This document shows, piece by piece, positions 47,093 through 57,109 of a stretch of 64,000 nt of DNA. The first letter of the stretch is position 1, and each line of letters opens with the position of its first letter. Source of the stretch: a virus (lineage: Duplodnaviria > Heunggongvirae > Uroviricota > Caudoviricetes > Crassvirales). The stretch covers positions 20,379-84,378 of the IMG/VR virus record IMGVR_UViG_3300037280_000040; one strand, given 5' to 3'. The notes beneath the pieces were generated by a model. The model worked only from the letters and a program-made list of their open reading frames with translations, had not been told where the DNA came from and ran no database searches. The translations under genes were made by a program, and so were the position numbers.

Positions 47093-47171
47093 TGGTGGAA
47101 TTGGTAGACACGCAGGACTTAAAATCCTGTGAGCAGTAATGCTCGTATGGGTTCAAGTCCCATTCAAGGTA
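47086..47171 (+). tRNA. tRNA-Leu (anticodon UAA), type II with a long variable arm
   Basis: Acceptor GCCUUGA/UCAAGGU. Anticodon stem CAGGA/UCCUG with loop CUUAAAA. Variable-arm hairpin GAGC-AGUAAU-GCUC. T arm AUGGG-UUCAAGU-CCCAU. Confidence 0.75.
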
Positions 47172-47254
47172 CAATTATTTAGTTTCTAACAAAGTGGATG
47201 GAAGTTAGAATTAAGTGGAGACATGTAATATTCCAACTAAATAATTTTTAAAAT

Positions 47255-47326
47255 GCCAAATAAACTTTGATGATGAAGCCCACTCTTGTAAAGTGGTTTA
47301 ACTAGGTTTGAGTCCTAGATTTGGCT
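47255..47326 (+). tRNA. tRNA-Thr (anticodon UGU) with an atypical D arm
   Basis: Perfect acceptor GCCAAAU/AUUUGGC. Anticodon stem CCACU/AGUGG with loop CUUGUAA. T arm CUAGG-UUUGAGU-CCUAG. The D stem pairs poorly. Confidence 0.5.
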
Positions 47327-47337
47327 CAAAAAAAAAT

Positions 47338-47411
47338 AGCGGGTTAGAGCAGTCAGGTAGCTCAACAGACTCATAATCTGTAGGTCACTGGTTCAAATCC
47401 AGTACCCGCCA
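47338..47411 (+). tRNA. Second CAU-anticodon tRNA, with an A1·C72 mismatch
   Basis: Acceptor AGCGGGU/ACCCGCC. D stem GAGC/GCUC. Anticodon stem ACAGA/UCUGU with loop CUCAUAA. T arm ACUGG-UUCAAAU-CCAGU. Confidence 0.6.
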
Positions 47412-47434
47412 CTAAATACTTTAAATATATAAAT

Positions 47435-47680
47435 ATGAATCTAATTCAAAGACTTAAAGCTCCAACACCTATAGTTTATAAAAAGTGGGGCAAAACATTT
47501 AAATGGATTGCAGGTGCTTTAATAGCAGGAACTGTAGGAGTTAATACAACAGGATTAACATTACCAACTAATTTTAATACTTACATAGCTTCTGCTATTT
47601 TTATAACTAGTGCAGTATCAACTGCTTGTTATGCTCAAGTAGAAGATAATACAAAAGAAGATGATACTAAAAACAACTAA
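47435..47680 (+). CDS. Small membrane protein
   Basis: TM segments WIAGALIAGTVGV and ASAIFITSAVSTA. Confidence 0.35.
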   Translation: MNLIQRLKAPTPIVYKKWGKTFKWIAGALIAGTVGVNTTGLTLPTNFNTYIASAIFITSAVSTACYAQVEDNTKEDDTKNN

Positions 47681-47831
47681 CTTTACTACTAGTAGGGACT
47701 TATGTAAATTTGTTAATGCTAATGGAATTACAAAAACTAATATAGCTGCTATCTTTATTAAAGATGATGCTTTATATTTATTATATTGGGATGAAATTAA
47801 ATAATAATTAAAAATATTTGGGAGGATATTT

Positions 47832-48287
47832 ATGAGTGAAAATTTAGAAGACACTAATGTTTATCATTATGACAAACTTAGTATAGAAAAGATTGAAAAA
47901 GTTATGATAGAAATGTCTAAAGAAGAAAAAAAGACATTTAATAGAAAAGTACAAGATACTGTAAAAGAAAAGTTTCCTGATTATAAAGAAGATGTAGATG
48001 AATTACCAGTACAAGTAAAAGCTCTTGAAGTAGGAGAAAGTTTTGAGGATAGAAGGATTAATAATCTTAAGAATCAAGGTATTGACTTAGAAAAACCTCA
48101 TGATTTAGTTTATTTTGATGGTACTAGAAAACATAAATCTGTATGGAGAGCTATGAGAAGAGGTCATACAAGTGTTAATGGAGAAGAGTTTCCTAATAGA
48201 CCTTTTAATAATAGGAAAGATAAAAAAATTAATGAGATTAAAAAAGACATTTATGGAGAATACAAAAAAGTTGCCAGTAGAGAATAA
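47832..48287 (+). CDS. Hypothetical basic protein
   Basis: ORF with a ggagg RBS-like element upstream. Confidence 0.4.
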   Translation: MSENLEDTNVYHYDKLSIEKIEKVMIEMSKEEKKTFNRKVQDTVKEKFPDYKEDVDELPVQVKALEVGESFEDRRINNLKNQGIDLEKPHDLVYFDGTRKHKSVWRAMRRGHTSVNGEEFPNRPFNNRKDKKINEIKKDIYGEYKKVASRE

Positions 48288-48480
48288 GACTACTACTGAA
48301 GAATATAATAATATTCCTGTACATTATTGTAGTAAATGTCTCTCATTAAAAATAATGAATTACGATAATAGTATAAGTTACTGTGATGATTGTGGTAGTA
48401 CTGAAATAGAATCTACTCATATAAATAATTATTTACAACTAGTTAAAAACAAAAAAGAAGAAGATGGAAAAAGGAAATAA
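48253..48480 (+). CDS. Small zinc-ribbon protein. The start was moved to MENTKK.
   Basis: Four Cys in CSKC...CDDCGS. Confidence 0.35.
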   Translation: MENTKKLPVENKTTTEEYNNIPVHYCSKCLSLKIMNYDNSISYCDDCGSTEIESTHINNYLQLVKNKKEEDGKRK

Positions 48481-48787
48481 ACTACATATTGTAGAAAAAG
48501 AAACAATATCTGATGACAAAGAAGTATTAGAAAGTGTTCAATCTAAACAAGAAGAGGTTAATCAAGAAGTATCTTATGAGCAAATGAAAACAATTGCTAT
48601 ACAAGCTACTCAACAAACAGAAATGCTTCAAAAAGAGTTACAAAGACTTCAACAAGAATCATTCTATATTAGATTAGACTTTTTATTTAAAGTAGTACAG
48701 TTTAATAAATCATTTCCACCATCATTTGTAAATAAATGTGCAAAAGAAATTGAGGGTAGTATAACTATTCCTGATTTAAAAAAATAA
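48464..48787 (+). CDS. Hypothetical protein
   Basis: ORF. Confidence 0.35.
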   Translation: MEKGNKLHIVEKETISDDKEVLESVQSKQEEVNQEVSYEQMKTIAIQATQQTEMLQKELQRLQQESFYIRLDFLFKVVQFNKSFPPSFVNKCAKEIEGSITIPDLKK

Positions 48788-48799
48788 ATATTAAGAGGT

Positions 48800-49180
48800 A
48801 TGGCTAAAAATATAAATATACTTAGAATACCTACCTCATTAAATACTAAGTTTTTTAGATATTGGTTTGAATTTTTAGAACCAGTACACAAGTTAACTGG
48901 GAGAGAGATTGATGTTATTACCTCTTTTATTAAACATAGGTATTTATTATCTAAAGTAATTCAAGATGAAGATATTTTAGATAAGGTAGTCATGAGTGAA
49001 GATACTAAAAAGAAAATTAGAGAAGAATGTGACATTACTCTTTCTCATTTTCAAGTGATTATGAGTAAATTAAAAAAGAATAAACTTATAATTGATGGTA
49101 AAATAAATAAAAAGTATATTCCTAATATTGAGGAAAATGCTGGAGAATTTAGACTAATATTACATTTTGAGTTAAAGTAA
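48800..49180 (+). CDS. Hypothetical protein
   Basis: ORF. Confidence 0.4.
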   Translation: MAKNINILRIPTSLNTKFFRYWFEFLEPVHKLTGREIDVITSFIKHRYLLSKVIQDEDILDKVVMSEDTKKKIREECDITLSHFQVIMSKLKKNKLIIDGKINKKYIPNIEENAGEFRLILHFELK

Positions 49181-49181
49181 T

Positions 49182-49469
49182 ATGATATATGACAAGTTAT
49201 TTCAAAAAATTATTAAAGAATTAGCAGTTAAACATAATTTACCTGAAGAAGTTATTACAGTAGCTTATAGGTCTTATTGGGAGTTTGTAAAATCTACTAT
49301 AAAAGAATTAGAACTAAAAGAAGGTATAACTGAAGAAGAGTTTAATAAATTAAGAACTAACTTTAATATACCTAGTATAGGTAAACTATATGTAACTTGG
49401 GATAAATTAGAAAAAATAAAAAAGAGAAGAATCTATATTAAAAATTTAAGGGAGAAGAAAGATGATTAA
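49182..49469 (+). CDS. Hypothetical protein
   Basis: ORF. Confidence 0.35.
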   Translation: MIYDKLFQKIIKELAVKHNLPEEVITVAYRSYWEFVKSTIKELELKEGITEEEFNKLRTNFNIPSIGKLYVTWDKLEKIKKRRIYIKNLREKKDD

Positions 49470-49908
49470 ATTAAAGAAAATTACACCAATGTTTAATGGT
49501 ATTATCACCACTGCTGATGTATATGAGCAAGATAGTGTATCAGCAGCAGGTATAATTGATGGTAAAACTAAGAAAGGTGCTTTAAAAGAGTATCAGACTG
49601 TAATATCAATTGGTAGTTCTGTTAGAGCTTGTAAAGTAGGAGATATGATTTGTGTAAATCCTAAAAGATATGAAGTTAGAAAGTATGGTAAGGATAGCAC
49701 CAAAGAAGCTATGGTTGAAAATTATAATACAGTTGTTAGTTATAATTTTAATTTCATTGAGATTAATGATGAGTTATGTTTGCAATTATATGATGATGAC
49801 ATCAAATATGTAGTAGATGAATTTGAAGAAGTAGATGACCCAGTTATGGAACCACCTAAAGAGAAAAGTAATTTAATTTTACCACCAACCAATCTAATAT
49901 TACCATAA
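49462..49908 (+). CDS. Possible GroES/gp31-like co-chaperonin
   Basis: ITPMFNGIITTADVYEQDSVSAAGII...VISIGSS...CKVGDMICV loosely follows the GroES pattern IKPLxDRVLV...GGIxL...VxAVGxG...VKVGDxVL. Weak call. Confidence 0.3.
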   Translation: MIKLKKITPMFNGIITTADVYEQDSVSAAGIIDGKTKKGALKEYQTVISIGSSVRACKVGDMICVNPKRYEVRKYGKDSTKEAMVENYNTVVSYNFNFIEINDELCLQLYDDDIKYVVDEFEEVDDPVMEPPKEKSNLILPPTNLILP

Positions 49909-49922
49909 TACTTAACAATTAA

Positions 49923-49952
49923 AAAGCCTTTCTTACCAGTTAGGCTTTTTCT
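49923..49952 (+). terminator. Intrinsic terminator, stem aaagcct/aggcttt followed by a T run
   Basis: A hairpin plus TTTTTCT directly after gene 49462-49908. Confidence 0.5.
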
Positions 49953-49966
49953 ATATAAATTAAAAT

Positions 49967-50515
49967 ATGAAACTAGTAAAATTTGAGAATTATAAACTTA
50001 CTATAAGTGAAGAAGCTTTATTTATAAAGTCTTTTGCAGCTCTATGGGATAGAGATAAATCAGTAGATAAAAGTAAAGCTTTATCAGAATTAGGATTTAT
50101 TTACTTTCAATATGACCCAAGAAGTGACTACATGTATCTTGATGATGAAAATGAAAGATTTGAAAAGATTAAACAAAGTGAAGGTTTACCTTCTAATTGG
50201 AAACCTGATAAATTAATATTAGCAGCTATTAAAGATTATTTACCATTAGTTAATACAACTAGTTCATTATTATTAGAAGATACTAGAGGAGCTATAGCTA
50301 AAATTAGGAAGTTTTTAAGAGAATTAGATATGGATGCTACTGATGATAAAGGTAAACCAAAGTATACTATTAATACTATTACTTCTGCTGTTAATCAGAT
50401 GCCTAAATTAGCTAAAGACTTAACTGTTGCTGAAAAAGAAATATCTAAAGAAATTACTGAGAATAGTAGAATGAGAGGTAAAAAAGAAAAGAAAATATGT
50501 GAGGATGGTATGTAA
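49967..50515 (+). CDS. Hypothetical protein, a candidate small terminase subunit by position only
   Basis: It precedes the large terminase gene. No motif seen. Confidence 0.25.
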   Translation: MKLVKFENYKLTISEEALFIKSFAALWDRDKSVDKSKALSELGFIYFQYDPRSDYMYLDDENERFEKIKQSEGLPSNWKPDKLILAAIKDYLPLVNTTSSLLLEDTRGAIAKIRKFLRELDMDATDDKGKPKYTINTITSAVNQMPKLAKDLTVAEKEISKEITENSRMRGKKEKKICEDGM

Positions 50516-50814
50516 TGGCTAATATAAAATATACATTAAGAGTAGAGGATTTAGCAATAGCTTTAAATAATCTTACTGGAAGTAAAGGACTTTATGTTAT
50601 TAAAAGAAACATAGAAAAGAATGAACTCTTTGGAGCTATTAAAATCTTTACTATTGAACTATTATACAAAGAAATAGGTAAAGAAATAGTATCAGTATTA
50701 AGAAGTATTAGAAGTAATAAATGTACTACTGATGTAGAAGAATTAAATAACTGGAATGAAGTAAGTATTGAGTTTACAAAAGAAGTATTAAACTATATAA
50801 AATGGAAGAAATAA
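50515..50814 (+). CDS. Hypothetical protein
   Basis: ORF with ATGA overlap. Confidence 0.35.
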   Translation: MANIKYTLRVEDLAIALNNLTGSKGLYVIKRNIEKNELFGAIKIFTIELLYKEIGKEIVSVLRSIRSNKCTTDVEELNNWNEVSIEFTKEVLNYIKWKK

Positions 50815-53171
50815 TATTAAATAAGTATCAAACTCCTATTACAGAAGAGTATTTAGAATCTCTAAATCCTGAAGTAAAAGATGATTTATTAGATGCTATT
50901 ACTAATATTGAATTTATAAAAAGATTAATAAGTCCTGATAGAAAATATGCTAAAGATTTAGATAGAAGAGCAGTAAGTATAGTTACTGATATTACTACTA
51001 ATACAAGAGTAATTGAGAATAGAATTATAGTAGATATAGTTAATCCTCATATACTTGAAGATATGGAATATTTTAGACCAACAGGTAATCATTTTAGACA
51101 ACATGGTACACTTACTAACTTAAGACCTAATGCTAATCCTAGTAGTGAATTTGGTAAATGGTTAAGACAAGAAAAGTTAAGAATTTGGTATGGAATGGTT
51201 AGACCTAGTGATGGTGAATGGATTACAGGAGATATGTATTTTTATTTAAACTATACTCCAATTATTCAATCTAAAATTAGAGAAGGTACTAAACAAGCTG
51301 ATAGAGTTATTGACTTCCCTGAGGTATGGGAAGGTATTTACTTATGGTTTCATTATCAAGACCAAGCTAGAAATGGAGGTATATATAATAATTGGGAAGG
51401 AGCAGAACATGCTATACAGATAGCTAGACGTGGAGCTAGTAAGAGTTATAGTGCTGCTGCAAGACTTGCCAAGCTATTTATATGTGGAGAGAATGAGTTA
51501 GCATGTAAGTCAGTAAAAGGAGCTGTTACAGCTTATCAGAAAGAGTATTTAACTAAAGATGGTATTCTTAATAAGTTTATTGATATTATAGATTTTAATG
51601 CTGAACATACTCAATTTCCTTCTCAAAGATTAAAGGATTCTTTGGCAGATATGTCATGGATGATGGGATATAAAGATGCTGATACTAATACTAATAAGGG
51701 TACAGGTAATGAAGTTTTAGGTATATCAGCAAAAGATAATACTGATAAATCCAGGGGTAAAAGGTCTAATATTTTTATCTATGAAGAATTTGGAGCTTTC
51801 CCTAAATTTATTGATACATGGGGAGTTAATAAATCAAATGTTCAGGAAGATGATATTGTATTTGGTCAAGCTGTAGGATTTGGTACAGGAGGTTCTGAAG
51901 GTTCAGATTTTAGTGGAGCTTTAGAAATGATTTATAATCCTATTGGTTATGGTGTATATGCTTTACCTAATGTGTATGATAAAAATAGTCAAGGTAAACA
52001 AAAGACTGTATTCTTTTTTGGTTCTTATCTAAATAGAAAAGGGTGTTATAATAAGGATGGAGTATCTGATGTTATATTAGCTTTAACTAGAGAGTTTGAA
52101 GCTAGGTTTAAAGTTAAATATAATAGTAGTGACTCAATGGCTTTAACTAGAAAAAAAGCAGAGCAAGCTATTACTATTCAAGAAGCTGTAATGAAAAGAG
52201 AGGGAACTATTTATCCAGTAGCTGACCTTACAGATAGATTAAATGAATTAGATTTTAATCCTAAAAGTTATGATGATATCTTAGTAGGACTCATCTCTTT
52301 AGATAAGGATGCTGTAGTTAGATTTAAACCTAGTAGTGAAGTTAAACCTATTAGAGAATTCCCACATAAAGATAATAAATTAGAAGGATGTATTGAGATA
52401 CATGCATTACCAGTAATGGATTCTAATAATAAAGTTTATAGAGGTAGATATATTGCAGGTATTGACCCTTATGATGATGATGCTTCAGGTACTTTATCTT
52501 TAGGTTCTTTATATATTTTAGATTTATATACTGATAAAATTGTATTTGAATATACAGGTAGACCTATGTTTGCTAATGATTTTTATGAGATTTGTAGAAG
52601 AGCTTTATTAATGTATAATGCTGAGTGTAACTATGAAAATAATAAGAAAGGTTTATTTACTTATTTTTCTACTCATAATTGTACTTACTTATTATCAGAT
52701 AATCTTGAGTTTTTAAAAGATAAAGCTTCTACTAAGGTTGAAGCAAACTATGGAAATAAAGCTAAAGGTACTATATCATCTGCTCCTATTAAAGCTTATG
52801 GTAGGAGAGCAATTAAAGAATGGTTATTAAAACCTTATACTGTTACTAAAGTTATTGATAAAGAAGAAGTAGATGTAAAAGTACCTTTTCTTACTCAACT
52901 TAACTCAAGAGCACTTATCAAGGAATTAATACTATGGAATCCTGATGGTAACTTTGATAGACATGATGCTTTAGCTATGCTTATGTTAATAAGAGAAGAT
53001 AAGTTAAGGTTATTTGGTACTAATACTCCTTCAGAATCTTTAGGTAAAGAGAGAGGAAGTGAATTAGCAGATGACCCATTTTTTACAAATAACTATAAAC
53101 CTTATAAAGAAGATACTTTTACTAAGAATTACAAGGCATTAGGACTACATTTAGATAATAATCAAGAGTAA
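50802..53171 (+). CDS. Terminase large subunit
   Basis: Walker A-like IARRGASKSYS. The C-terminal nuclease-domain motif is YIAGIDPYDDDASG. It precedes the portal gene. Confidence 0.55.
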   Translation: MEEIILNKYQTPITEEYLESLNPEVKDDLLDAITNIEFIKRLISPDRKYAKDLDRRAVSIVTDITTNTRVIENRIIVDIVNPHILEDMEYFRPTGNHFRQHGTLTNLRPNANPSSEFGKWLRQEKLRIWYGMVRPSDGEWITGDMYFYLNYTPIIQSKIREGTKQADRVIDFPEVWEGIYLWFHYQDQARNGGIYNNWEGAEHAIQIARRGASKSYSAAARLAKLFICGENELACKSVKGAVTAYQKEYLTKDGILNKFIDIIDFNAEHTQFPSQRLKDSLADMSWMMGYKDADTNTNKGTGNEVLGISAKDNTDKSRGKRSNIFIYEEFGAFPKFIDTWGVNKSNVQEDDIVFGQAVGFGTGGSEGSDFSGALEMIYNPIGYGVYALPNVYDKNSQGKQKTVFFFGSYLNRKGCYNKDGVSDVILALTREFEARFKVKYNSSDSMALTRKKAEQAITIQEAVMKREGTIYPVADLTDRLNELDFNPKSYDDILVGLISLDKDAVVRFKPSSEVKPIREFPHKDNKLEGCIEIHALPVMDSNNKVYRGRYIAGIDPYDDDASGTLSLGSLYILDLYTDKIVFEYTGRPMFANDFYEICRRALLMYNAECNYENNKKGLFTYFSTHNCTYLLSDNLEFLKDKASTKVEANYGNKAKGTISSAPIKAYGRRAIKEWLLKPYTVTKVIDKEEVDVKVPFLTQLNSRALIKELILWNPDGNFDRHDALAMLMLIREDKLRLFGTNTPSESLGKERGSELADDPFFTNNYKPYKEDTFTKNYKALGLHLDNNQE

Positions 53172-53242
53172 ATTTAGTAATAAACTATACCTAAATACAT
53201 TAGTTTTTTAATTATCTTATTGTATATATCATAAAATTTACA

Positions 53243-53250
53243 TATCTTTG
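53243..53250 (+). promoter_or_regulatory. Promoter -7 box TAtcTTTG inside TTTACATATCTTTGT, upstream of the portal gene
   Basis: Motif family match. Confidence 0.5.
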
Positions 53251-53271
53251 TATTTTAAAATTTAAAAAAAT

Positions 53272-55686
53272 ATGTTTCAAAATAATTTACCTCCACAACA
53301 AATATCCTTCTTAAGAAAAAATAAAGAATGGAGAAAGAAACATTTAGACTGGGCAGACCACAGAACATTTGCTACTGATAGTTTAGTAAGAAACTCTGTT
53401 ATACATAAAAGAATCAATTATGATTTACTTAATGGTAAACTTAATGTAGATGATATGAATCAAGTATTAAATCCTGACTCTATACAAGCAGGATTTATAC
53501 CTGAACATATTACTCATTATCCTATTATGAATGCTAAATTAAATGTTCTTAGAGGTGAAGAATCTAAAAGAAGATTTGATTTCAGAATGATAGTAACCAA
53601 TCCAAATGCTATATCTGAGATAGAAGATAAAAAGAAAGAATTATTATTTGCTGATGTAAAAAAGTTAGTATCTAAGAATGGCTTATCAGATGACCAGTTT
53701 AATGGTGAACTAGATAAAATAAATGACTATTATAGTTATGAGTATCAAGATATTAGAGAGATTAGAGCTAATGCTTTAATACAACATTATACTAAAGAAT
53801 TAGAAATTCCTACTACATTTAACGCAGGTTTTGTAGACGCTATGAGTGTTGGTGAAGAAATTTATCAATCTGATATAGTATCAGGAGAACCAACCTTTCA
53901 AAGAATTAATCCATTAAAAATAAGAATATTTAGGTCAGGATTCTCTAACAGAATAGAAGATGCTGATATTATTGTGCTTGAAGATTTTTGGAGTCCTGGT
54001 AGAATTATTGATAATTATTATGATGCATTATCTCCAGCAGATATGGATTATATTGAACATTTACCTCAAGCTGCTTATGCAGACCAAATGGGTAATATAG
54101 ATGAAAGAAGAGCCTTTATTAATGTTAATGATTTAAGTGGTACTACAGAAGAAGGTGTAGTAATTGATAGTTATGCATTATTTACAGGACCATCAGCTAC
54201 TAATAATTACTATGATAATAGTGGTAATATTAAAGTACTTAGAGTATATTGGAAGTCTAAAAGAAAAATTAAAAAAGTAAAATTCTATGACCCTGAAACA
54301 GGTGAACCTGATTTTAAATTTTATCCTGAAACTTATACAATAGATAAAAATAAAGGAGAAGAAGAAAGTATTTATTGGATTAATGAAGCTTGGGAAGGTA
54401 CTAAAATAGGACAACATATTTATTTGAATATGAGACCTAGATTAGTTCAGTATAATAGATTAAGTAATCCATCAAGATGTCACTTTGGAATAGTAGGAAC
54501 ATTATATAATTTAAATGATTCTAGACCATTCTCAATGGTTGATATGATGAAACCTTATAATTATATGTATGATGCTACTCATGATAGATTAAATAAAGCA
54601 ATTGCTTCTAACTGGGGTAAAATACTTGAGTTAGATTTAGCATTAGTTCCTAAAGGATGGGATGTTGAGAAATGGTTATACTATGCTAAAATTAATCATA
54701 TAGCTATTAAAGATAGTTTTAAAGAGGGTAATATTGGAATAGCTACAGGTAAGTTAGCAGGGTCAATGAATAATGCTTCTAAGGGAGTAATTGATGCTGA
54801 AACAGGTTCTTATATTCAACAACATATAAATCTACTTGAGTTTATTAAAATGGAAATGGCTGAAGTAGCAGGTATTTCTAAACAAAGAGAGGGACAAATA
54901 AGTAATAGAGAAACAGTTGGAGGAGTTGAAAGGTCTAATTTACAATCATCACACATAACTGAATGGTTATTCTTACAACATGATAATACTAAAAAAAGAA
55001 GTTTAGAGTGTTTTATAGAAACAGCTAAAGTAGCTATGAAAGGTAGAAGTAAGAAATTTCAATATATCTTACCTGATGCTTCTTATAGATTAATGGATAT
55101 TGATGGTGATGAATTTGCTGAATGTGATTATGGTTGTGTTATAGATAATTCTAATGGTACAGCTGAATTAGCTTCTAAGTTAGATACATTAGCTCAAGCA
55201 GCATTACAGAATCAAACACTTGACTTCTCTACTATTATGAAGATATATACTACTACTTCATTAGCTGAGACTCAAAGAATTGTAGAAAAGAATGAACAAG
55301 CTATGCAAGAAAATAAACAAAAATCTGAGCAAGCTCAACAACAACATGAACAATCTATTGAGCAAATGAAGCAACAAAATATTATTAATAGTAATCAATT
55401 ATTAGATTCAATGAATCAAAGAGATAATGAAACTAAAATAACAGTTGCTACTATAACTGCTAATGCTAAGAGTCAACAACAACAAACCCAAGAGGAAGAT
55501 ACTCAAGAATATGACCCAGTTGCACAAGCTAAATTGTTTGAAGATATGAAACAATTTAGTTTAGAACATGGATTAAAAATTGATGATTTACAATTTAAGA
55601 AGAAAGTTCATGCTGATAATATGGATATTAAAAAGCAAGACATTGCTATTAAGAGACAGAATGCTAATAAGAAAACTACTAAATAA
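53272..55686 (+). CDS. Portal protein (804 aa) with a Gln-rich C-terminal region
   Basis: It follows the large terminase and matches crAss-like portal size. The C-terminus reads QENKQKSEQAQQQHEQSIEQMKQQN. Confidence 0.5.
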   Translation: MFQNNLPPQQISFLRKNKEWRKKHLDWADHRTFATDSLVRNSVIHKRINYDLLNGKLNVDDMNQVLNPDSIQAGFIPEHITHYPIMNAKLNVLRGEESKRRFDFRMIVTNPNAISEIEDKKKELLFADVKKLVSKNGLSDDQFNGELDKINDYYSYEYQDIREIRANALIQHYTKELEIPTTFNAGFVDAMSVGEEIYQSDIVSGEPTFQRINPLKIRIFRSGFSNRIEDADIIVLEDFWSPGRIIDNYYDALSPADMDYIEHLPQAAYADQMGNIDERRAFINVNDLSGTTEEGVVIDSYALFTGPSATNNYYDNSGNIKVLRVYWKSKRKIKKVKFYDPETGEPDFKFYPETYTIDKNKGEEESIYWINEAWEGTKIGQHIYLNMRPRLVQYNRLSNPSRCHFGIVGTLYNLNDSRPFSMVDMMKPYNYMYDATHDRLNKAIASNWGKILELDLALVPKGWDVEKWLYYAKINHIAIKDSFKEGNIGIATGKLAGSMNNASKGVIDAETGSYIQQHINLLEFIKMEMAEVAGISKQREGQISNRETVGGVERSNLQSSHITEWLFLQHDNTKKRSLECFIETAKVAMKGRSKKFQYILPDASYRLMDIDGDEFAECDYGCVIDNSNGTAELASKLDTLAQAALQNQTLDFSTIMKIYTTTSLAETQRIVEKNEQAMQENKQKSEQAQQQHEQSIEQMKQQNIINSNQLLDSMNQRDNETKITVATITANAKSQQQQTQEEDTQEYDPVAQAKLFEDMKQFSLEHGLKIDDLQFKKKVHADNMDIKKQDIAIKRQNANKKTTK

Positions 55687-55694
55687 TAAATATA

Positions 55695-56342
55695 ATGATT
55701 ATAATTTTAAATTTAATTAAAGATTTTATATTAAAACATAAGAAAGTTTTAATAAGTACTATAGGTATATTAATAACTTTATTAACTATAGTAATAATGA
55801 AGTCTACTATTAATAAACTTGAGAAAGATTTAAATGCTTCTGTTATTAATAATAAGGCATATAGTAATGAAAACTCAACTCTTAAGAATAATACAAGAGT
55901 TTTCTTATTAACTATAGACCAATTAAATGATAGCAAAGATTCTTTAAATGTTTCTTTGAATGATACTAAGAAAGCTCTAAAAATTAAAGATAAAAATTTA
56001 ATTGCTATGCAGAGTATTAAAGACCATTTTACTAAGAAAGATACTACTATTTTAAGAGATACTACTTTTGTTAAAGGTTTAGATATAGATACTATAATTG
56101 GAGATAAATTTTATACTCTTAATTTAAGATTACAATATCCTAATATCATAACTGACTCTATATCAATTGTAAATACTAAACAGATTTTTATATCAAGACA
56201 AAAAGAAACTATTAACCCTCCTAAAAAATTCTTTTTATTAAGATGGTTTCAGAAGAAACAAGAGGTTATAATAGTAAATATTAAAGATAGTAATCCTTAT
56301 ATCATAAAAGACCAAGATAGATTCATACAAATATTTAAATAA
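55695..56342 (+). CDS. Membrane-anchored protein
   Basis: N-terminal TM segment, VLISTIGILITLLTIVIM. Confidence 0.4.
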   Translation: MIIILNLIKDFILKHKKVLISTIGILITLLTIVIMKSTINKLEKDLNASVINNKAYSNENSTLKNNTRVFLLTIDQLNDSKDSLNVSLNDTKKALKIKDKNLIAMQSIKDHFTKKDTTILRDTTFVKGLDIDTIIGDKFYTLNLRLQYPNIITDSISIVNTKQIFISRQKETINPPKKFFLLRWFQKKQEVIIVNIKDSNPYIIKDQDRFIQIFK

Positions 56343-56352
56343 ATAAAGATAC

Positions 56353-56706
56353 ATGACAACACTAATAGGAGGATTAATATCAGCACTTCTAATTATCCTA
56401 GGATATGTGGTAGGTATAAGAAAAAATGATTCAGAGGTTAGAAAAAATGATGCTGATACTGCTAAAAGTACAGCTGAAACTAAAAAGATAGAATTAGATA
56501 CAAGAACAGAAGAAATAAAATTCTATGATACTTTATCTAAAACTATGACTGAACATAATAAAAGATTATTAATACAAAATGAAGAATTAATTAAAACTGT
56601 TCATAGGTTAGATGATAGGATTAAAGCTCTTGAAAATACTGTAGAGAAAATGACCTGTAATAATGCTCTTACTTGTGATAAAAAAATAAATATTAAGGCA
56701 AAATAA
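56353..56706 (+). CDS. Membrane-anchored coiled-coil protein
   Basis: TM segment LIGGLISALLIILGYVVGI followed by a charged helix. Confidence 0.4.
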   Translation: MTTLIGGLISALLIILGYVVGIRKNDSEVRKNDADTAKSTAETKKIELDTRTEEIKFYDTLSKTMTEHNKRLLIQNEELIKTVHRLDDRIKALENTVEKMTCNNALTCDKKINIKAK

Positions 56707-56707
56707 T

Positions 56708-57109
56708 ATGGATGATTTATTAGTAATATTTGATGTAGTTTCTGAGGGTAGTACTTTTCCAGGAGTAGAATTAGAAGTATATGAAGAAATAGCAGTAGAA
56801 GGGTCAGTTGACCCTACTCTTATTCCTGTTGATTTAACAGGAGCTTCTATTATTATGAACTGTGTTAAATCTAACATGGTTCATGCTATATATTCTACTG
56901 ATAATGGTAAACTAGTTATTGGTACTACTGAAATAATTAATGGTGTTACTCAAAGTGTTACACATAAGATAATTATGCCTGAACATATACCCACTTTAAC
57001 TCATGGTACATATGACTTTGACTTTAATATTACCTTAGCTAGTGGTGATAAAATCACTGGATTTGCTAAAGGACAATGGAAAATAACTAACCCTATAACT
57101 AAATTATAA
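56708..57109 (+). CDS. Hypothetical structural protein
   Basis: ORF with ATGA overlap. Confidence 0.4.
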   Translation: MDDLLVIFDVVSEGSTFPGVELEVYEEIAVEGSVDPTLIPVDLTGASIIMNCVKSNMVHAIYSTDNGKLVIGTTEIINGVTQSVTHKIIMPEHIPTLTHGTYDFDFNITLASGDKITGFAKGQWKITNPITKL

